From assembly GCA_008369845.1 (NCBI GenBank), contig MRSU01011388.1, positions 1-35,270 on the forward strand: a stretch of 35,270 nucleotides of DNA, written 5' to 3'. Shown here in pieces: positions 28,584 to 35,270 of this stretch. The notes under the pieces were generated by a model. It had not been told where the DNA came from and made no database searches. It saw only the letters and a program-made list of their open reading frames with translations. The number at the start of each line of letters is the position of its first letter. Within the stretch, counting starts at the first letter, position 1. The DNA is from Trichomonas gallinae (Eukaryota). Both the position numbers and the translations under genes were made by a program.

Positions 28584-31500
28584 TTCAAAATCACAATACT
28601 TATCCTATGAATAAAAACATCAAGTCAAATAAACTTATATTTAGTTAACACATCTATATATTAGTCTATTAGCACAGTTGGGGTCTAGATCTATAATAAT
28701 GCATAGATTTGGAGAAGTTTTGCCATTGGTTATGAATTAAAATTCGACAAAGAAAATTACAGTCACTTATTCAAATTCAACGATGATCTTAGTCACTTTT
28801 CTGATTCCAACTCCATCATTGGATTCAGGGGACTAAGACTTGTTATACTTGTTCAAAAACAATTCGAGATTAACAACAAAAAACAACCTCATTAGCAAAT
28901 AAAAAACATCAAAATTAATCTATATATGATAAATAGGATTATGAGAATCATAGCAATGATATATGTACTATATTGGATTGAAACTTTATGTTTGGAAAGA
29001 AAATTGAAGATTAAATATTAAATGCAACGAATGTAATAGGAAAGGGATGATATAGAAAGAATATAGCATTTACTAGCTAAAATTTAGGACTTGACTTCAA
29101 GTGTATATATTATCCTACATATTTGTATTAATATATCAAACTTTTTTTGAAATACGAATTCGATTTCTTTCATTTTCCATTAAATCATCAATTTAGATTC
29201 ATTGTCAAATATTATTACTTGTTCTGAAATCATATGCATATTAATTAATGCAATTTGAAGAGATAAAACTTTTAGCGATTAATTTTAAATTTTTAGATTT
29301 GCCGTATTTAATTTGTCTTATACATATACTTATCTTACAAATAGAATATATTATTCATTATTATTCGTTTGCAGTAGATTTTTAATATCTTAATGAAATT
29401 AACGAATGATTGGATTTGTTTTTGGCTCTTGTAGATGCATATTCTACATAACTACATAAGTGTAGAATAAATTATAACCTTTTTGAATCAAATAATGTAA
29501 TTATCATTTTATAAAAAAAATTTTCAAAATGATTCATTTTGCAAAAATTGTGATGTACAAATATTGCTTAGCTATTATGCAACATATTCTTTTATTTATT
29601 ATCTAATTTCAATGTTTTTGTTTGTTTAAAATAATCTTTTTTTATATATTTGATCAACAAAAATTGATCTAATATTATCAATTTTTATCAGAAATGGTGT
29701 GCGCAGTTTCCTCAGCTCTCTAGTATTAGCATTTAGACATGTCCCACATTCTATATTATGAAAATGGTAGTCTAAATTTTAGTTCAAAATATGTAATGTA
29801 CCTTTACTATGAAAATTCTGCAAAGAAACATAAGATAACTTTGAAGAACTGATTATAATCAATGATTATAGCATGAATTAAGATTTTAAAAAAGACAATA
29901 CTATGAAATTTTTTCCAAATTAAAATCAATATAAAGTTACAGCAATTAATATACAAAAATAAAAAACAATGGGAAGCTGAGGTTAAAATTGGGGAAATAA
30001 TTCTTTTAAAAACTGCGAAGTTATAGAATGTTTTGAGATGTTTACAGATTAATGAAAAAAAAAAAAAAATCCTGATAACAAAATATTAAACATGGATATA
30101 TTAATAATGAATTTGAAAGAAAAATCGTGACGTAAAAAGTTGTAACATTTGATATCTGCTATAAATTATTATCAATGAAACTATAAAATAATCGATTTCA
30201 ATATATAAAAAATTGTGTGTCTAAAATGTATCTGTTTAAGATGTATATGATATTTAAAAAAGAGTATTCATTTAATTTTCAGTTTCAGAAGGGCAAATTG
30301 AAAGGCGGTTTCTCGATAAATTGAATAGTAATATTCAATTTTGAATAAAGGATTCAAATATTAAATCCTTTTTCAAAACTAAAATTAGCGTTCTAATTTG
30401 AATTGTTACTCAAAAAATGATTAAGGGAACTAACGACAAAATTATCCTTATTATGACTAGTTTTTTTAGCATATCAACAGCTATCAAGGTTTATTTAGAA
30501 TGATATATATATATGAGGTTGAGAATGATACTATTCACACTAGATTTTATTCGAACTACAATGATTCAAATTATTGAATTTATTAAATCGTGAAATAATT
30601 GCATTTATAGGCGAAAAGTATCATACTGTTATATAGATGAGTTCTGTTTCATGTTTATATTTGATCAAAACACATGTTATTTCTATATTTATTATAAACA
30701 ATAAACTGAGTTTTGGATATCAATGGAATATAACATTTAATAATGCATCCATAATAGAAGTATATCATTAGGAACTTATTTAATATTATTCAAAGTCTCG
30801 TATTTTTTCAAAAAATATTAAATGTTTTCCATAAACATATTTAATTGTAATATGCATCATTTCTAAAATACTAATATAAGGAAACAAAGAAGTTCCTGAT
30901 ATAATGTGAGATATTAATTTTTTATAAAAAATATTGCGTATCATCTGATTTTTCGAAAGCCAGTAGTATCCACATATTATGTATAGCTATATATTTCAAT
31001 TAGAAAGATCTATACGCAAACAGAAATCAGACGATGTCGTCTTAAATAAAATTCATGGGCTGAGATTAAATGAAGGATGAAAGCTTTATGTATACAAGCA
31101 TAATCATTGATTAAATACGACTGGTGACAAGACTTTAATTCAATTGTTTTAACTTGGTCTGTCAACTCATCAATTCGTTAGTTAAATAAAATCTACAATA
31201 TATATTAATAACAGCTTTGTTTGTCCGAAGATCATCAATATTTCAAAAAAATATTTTCAATTCAGAAAATGCATGAATTATGAAATAAAGTCTGTACTTG
31301 TTAAATCATCGATTAATAAAAAATTAATAAAAAAATTGAAAAATTGAAATATAGCATTAATTCACCGAACGTAATATTTTAGTACTAATTCCTATCAATC
31401 GATTGCTATTCAAAATATTACGATAATATCACAAAATTGAGAGACTGCTATGAAAAATTTATTTGACCCTTCAAATGTTGTTTTTGCAAAAAATCCTTAT

Positions 31501-31588
31501 ATATTTATACATAAACTAATAGGTTTTATATCTCATTTTCAATTTAAAAATATTTTTTTTTAATAAGTTTGAGTGATAAAATTTTTTA

Positions 31589-32302
31589 ATGACTCAGTCT
31601 AGTTCCCTCATTTTCAAGGATTCAGGGGAGCTTGACGTGAGCGATTCAACAGATTTTAAGACTTCAGTGATGCACTTCCTTAAGAACTGCCAAACTAATT
31701 ATCAAGATACGTTTAACATCAAAGAGATATCAGATCAGATGGGGTTTAAACAAAGAAGATTCTTGGATGTTCTCAGTGTTTTTGATACAATTGGCTGTGC
31801 TCCTAAGATTGACAGTGATAATTTTTTATGGCTAGGATTGGATCAGGTTAAACCGGCCATATTGCAGATCTGCAAAGAACGTGGCGTATTTAAACGGAAT
31901 ACCACATTGTCACAAAATATTCCCATTACAGGATTTATTTCTTTAACTGAGATGACAGAGGACCTCCTAGTGTGTTTTATTGCAATGGAAAGAAAGTTTC
32001 TTAATATACTACATGTGACAAGCTTCCTATCAAGATGGAATGACAGACAAAAAACAATTAAATGTAAATTATATCAAGCTTGCGCAATTCTTGAAGTAGC
32101 TGGCATTATCCACAAGACTATTAATAAGAGCGAATTTAGGATAGATGAAAAATACTTCATTTCAGCGAGTGAGAAAATGGCCGAAAGAGATTCAATTTTA
32201 TCTATTTCTTCGTTATTAAATAGATCAACTCCATTTATGAATGAAAATACTATACTTATACGAAGAAAAGAATTCGATGAAGCTATATTACAGACCAACT
32301 AA
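31589..32302 (+). CDS. Atypical E2F/DP-family winged-helix protein with two DNA-binding-like domains (237 aa)
   Basis: ISDQMGFKQRRFLDVLSVFDTIG...FLWLG (E2F RRxYDxxNVLExIG...yxWxG) and a second copy KCKLYQACAILEVAGIIHK; C-terminal SISSLLNR. Confidence 0.8.
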   Translation: MTQSSSLIFKDSGELDVSDSTDFKTSVMHFLKNCQTNYQDTFNIKEISDQMGFKQRRFLDVLSVFDTIGCAPKIDSDNFLWLGLDQVKPAILQICKERGVFKRNTTLSQNIPITGFISLTEMTEDLLVCFIAMERKFLNILHVTSFLSRWNDRQKTIKCKLYQACAILEVAGIIHKTINKSEFRIDEKYFISASEKMAERDSILSISSLLNRSTPFMNENTILIRRKEFDEAILQTN

Positions 32303-33467
32303 TGTATATTTTTATTTTTAATATATTAATTTTCGATATCAAAAGTTCAGATTGAACATGTTTATCAATATCCATGTAAATGTTTGTAATATTTGTTTGA
32401 GTATTAAAACTAAGTATTGTTGTTTTATTATCGAAAAATTATTAAACAGAAAACCAAAATTCGCACTGTATAAACTGTATCCTGTCGAATTAATCATGCG
32501 AGTATGCTCACAAAAAAATAATTTAAAAGGCAGTAGGAACCTTGAACTCACAAATGTGACAAAAATAATTGTTATTTTTTGTATAATGCTTGAATTTAAA
32601 GAATTGTAGATTTCATATGTATAAAGAGTAAAAATAAAAACGGTCAAAATTTTTATCAAGGGTCGATTTTTCAATAATACTATCTAAATTGAGATCAGAG
32701 TTTGACATCTGGTAAAATCAAAGTCACCTTAATGTAATCTAAAATAAGAAATCCGAAACAATGGCGATAATTTTGATTAGAATAAAATCAATTGAATGTT
32801 AAAATTTTAGAGATAAATTGAAAAGTTGATTCATTTAAATTTGAAAGCTGAATGAAAAATATAAATGATATATAAATGATAATGATCATATTATCAATTT
32901 GGAGCAACAAAATGTGAAATTTACAAATAATTTTTTATATGAATATGCTAATTATCATGTAATATGCACGATTAATTTTATTTTGCCCATGACTTTTTGT
33001 TAAGGAATTTTTTTGTTTTTACATGGCGATCGTATTCAGGTGATAGTATACTTCTTAGATTCAATGACGCTATGATTCCAATTTCAGAAATCGCATTTTT
33101 TAACGTTTCAAAGGAAGTTATCGTCGTCTTTCTAGTGTTTGTTTCACTGTAATCATCACATAAAAGCATAGCGACTGTAAAATACAGAATATTTAAATTA
33201 GTTTACAATTTTGAAAAATTTTGTTGTTTTATTACCATAATTTCACCTGCACCATCCATACTGTCTATGATTCATTTTTCGCCAGTTTATCAGCATTAAA
33301 TACAGTAAGGACTTTTTAATTCGGAAATTAAAGTTGGCACTATTGGTAACGCAATTGTTTTAGCCGTTAAACCACATTGGGATAAGGTCCATTGCTCGAT
33401 TTCCTAGGAGGATCTATATGTGTTCCGGATAAATAAAATAAAATTAATAATTTATTCTGATTTCTGA

Positions 33468-34508
33468 TTAAAAATTATTCAAAACCGAATACAATGCGCG
33501 CTGGTTGATGATACCCAGTCTTGAAATCGGAAGATAGACTGAATCATTAAACAATGTTGTAAATGGAGCTGGAAGGCCTGTGATTGGGCAAACAGAATCA
33601 ATCTTGTGGACTTCCTCAGAAAATGAGAATAATTTGAGAATATTCGGGAATGCATTTTGATGTACATCACCATCTGCAGCAGCAACCATGACTTTCTTGT
33701 TGCGATCGGCAAGTCCATCAGCCCACTCTGCGATGTTCTCGAAAAGATGGCCATCATCAACTCCAATCACTTCATATGGTTCAAGTTCGGTATAATCTGG
33801 TAATTCCTTGATGTTCTTTGTTTCAAATGGGAATGTTCTGTCCTTATCAGCCTTTCTGATGAGCATGAGAACCTTGCGCCCAGCAATATGATGTCTCTTG
33901 AGGAGTCTTGTGATTTCTGTTGTTTTACCACACTTAACCGGACCGATTGTTAATGAAATCGAGCCTGTTGTTGTGATCTTCTTGTGTGCACTCCTTGAAG
34001 ATGCTGTGTATGCCTCAGCGCCACCGATTAATTCAAGTTGATCGGATTTGATTGTTCTTTCTGTGAAAGCAGCTTCCTGGCCCGTGACTCTGCAAACAGC
34101 TGAGAGTTTGACTACTGTTTCGCTCTTGGCAATCAACTCGCCAACTTTGCCAAATGGCTTGCGTAAGTAGTCGCCATCTAATGCGGAAATAACAACGAGC
34201 TTTCCGCTATTGGCGAGTGTATCGGCGAATTCAACGATATCTGGGAAGAATTGGCCTTCATCAACTCCGATGACTTCATAAGCCATGCATTCGTTCAAAT
34301 GAGGCATGAGCAATGCTGTTGATAGGGCATCGTGCATGTAATAGTCGTGTGTTGAGACTTTTTCAGAGGAATATCTCTGATCTTTGGAATATTTAAGGAT
34401 TAAGCAGCGCTTGTGGGCTAATTCGCCTCTGCTAATCCTTCTCAACATTTCTGTGGTCTTTCCGGCAAACATGGGGCCGAAAATGAGCTCAATTCTTCCA
34501 ACATTCAT
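33468..34508 (-). CDS. Tandem two-domain type II (TK1-like) thymidine kinase (346 aa)
   Basis: Domain 1: IFGPMFAGKTTE, DQRY, VIGVDEGQFF, ALDGDYLRKPF, KLSAVC, IGGAEAY. Domain 2 (from ~33965): TIGPVKCGKTTE, VIGVDDGHLF, AADGD, KIDSVC. Confidence 0.95.
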   Translation of the reverse strand: MNVGRIELIFGPMFAGKTTEMLRRISRGELAHKRCLILKYSKDQRYSSEKVSTHDYYMHDALSTALLMPHLNECMAYEVIGVDEGQFFPDIVEFADTLANSGKLVVISALDGDYLRKPFGKVGELIAKSETVVKLSAVCRVTGQEAAFTERTIKSDQLELIGGAEAYTASSRSAHKKITTTGSISLTIGPVKCGKTTEITRLLKRHHIAGRKVLMLIRKADKDRTFPFETKNIKELPDYTELEPYEVIGVDDGHLFENIAEWADGLADRNKKVMVAAADGDVHQNAFPNILKLFSFSEEVHKIDSVCPITGLPAPFTTLFNDSVYLPISRLGIINQRALYSVLNNF

Positions 34509-34650
34509 GAAATGGCGGGGATTTGAAAATTAAATCACTTTTATTACAAAAAAAATTTACAGTTTAAAATTTAATTGAAAAGGAATTGTTTTTATATATA
34601 TTTTAGATATTTATAATTTTTGATTAAATTTTTTTTGGAAAATTGACCAA

Positions 34651-34666
34651 TGACAAAATTTTGTCA
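34651..34666. promoter_or_regulatory. Perfect 16-bp palindrome TGACAAAATTTTGTCA upstream of the TK gene
   Basis: Self-complementary, ~143 nt upstream of the TK ATG, in a TGACA/TGTCA-rich region. Function is inferred. Confidence 0.4.
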
Positions 34667-35270
34667 CTCCAATCAAGCAAATATGTAGTATACACATAAT
34701 ATGATAATATTTTATTTAATTAAAATCTCACTAAAACTAAAATTAACATCAAAAATAAACATTTTTGAAATCATTTTTCATATTTTTTGAAAAATTTGAT
34801 AAACGGAATATATTTGATAATGTATGATTTTGGGAATGAATTATTAGTGTTAACATTACGCTACATCCAAAACACCAAAAATAATCATGGTAAAAAAATT
34901 CAACGATAACTGATTACAATGTATCAGATCTGTCAATTGTTTTTTTTACATGACATATTTCCCTAATTTTTGACAAATAACTATATTTACATTTCAAATT
35001 TTATAATTTGTCAATAAAATCTATTTTGGATATTTACGCGACAATTTAAAATTATTTTTGAAACGTGACATTTTTGAAAAGCTTACAAATAAAACTAAAA
35101 TGAATCATTTTATAATAAAGTTACATTTTCACCAATAAGTCAAAAAAATTTGTGTGTCAGTTTTTTTCCATAAATGGAGAATTTTACCATTAGTAGTATA
35201 TGACGGGGGCTACTTGTCATTCTAGATATAGAGGATGTATCCCAACAACGATATTTAGGCTACGTATCCG

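Noticed and set aside
30055..30069. A15 run as a possible retroposon tail
   Set aside because: No target-site duplication or upstream element body evident; homopolymers are common in this AT-rich DNA.
32339..33430. Short ORFs (32339-32674, 32352-32609, 32978-33169) and a mildly GC-richer patch 3' of TK
   Set aside because: AT-rich low-information translations with no family signature or ATG/promoter support.
1..35270. Spliceosomal introns, tRNA/rRNA genes, Maverick/mariner/Mutator transposons
   Set aside because: By eye I found no trichomonad intron 3' motif (ACTAACACACAG), cloverleaf, transposase/integrase ORF or long terminal inverted repeats; short degenerate elements could have been missed.

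Overview
AT-rich eukaryotic DNA with intronless genes, very short 5' leaders and trichomonad-type core promoter motifs (Inr TCA(C/T)(T/A); AAAGTGAC 'M2'). It is most likely Trichomonas vaginalis or a close parabasalid (inference). Ten apparently intact genes, in order: a choline/ethanolamine kinase; a ~1967-aa neurofibromin/Ira-like protein whose RasGAP catalytic motifs appear lost; coatomer beta-COP; a coiled-coil protein with 8 copies of a ~22-aa motif; a ~1693-aa coiled-coil/RRM/acidic protein; an EF-hand protein with an acidic tail; a 62-aa endosulfine/ARPP19-like microprotein; a DNase II; an atypical two-domain E2F-like factor; and a tandem two-domain thymidine kinase. The spacers hold one frameshifted ankyrin pseudogene, two short related ankyrin relics, several TGACA-core repeat arrays and palindromes. 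No RNA gene, CRISPR array or intact transposon was recognised. All family calls come from motif recognition by eye, not database searches. I see no clear multi-gene novel system. The strongest leads are the NF1-like pseudo-GAP, the Zn-ligand-less tandem TK with a degenerate second domain, and the endosulfine microprotein.
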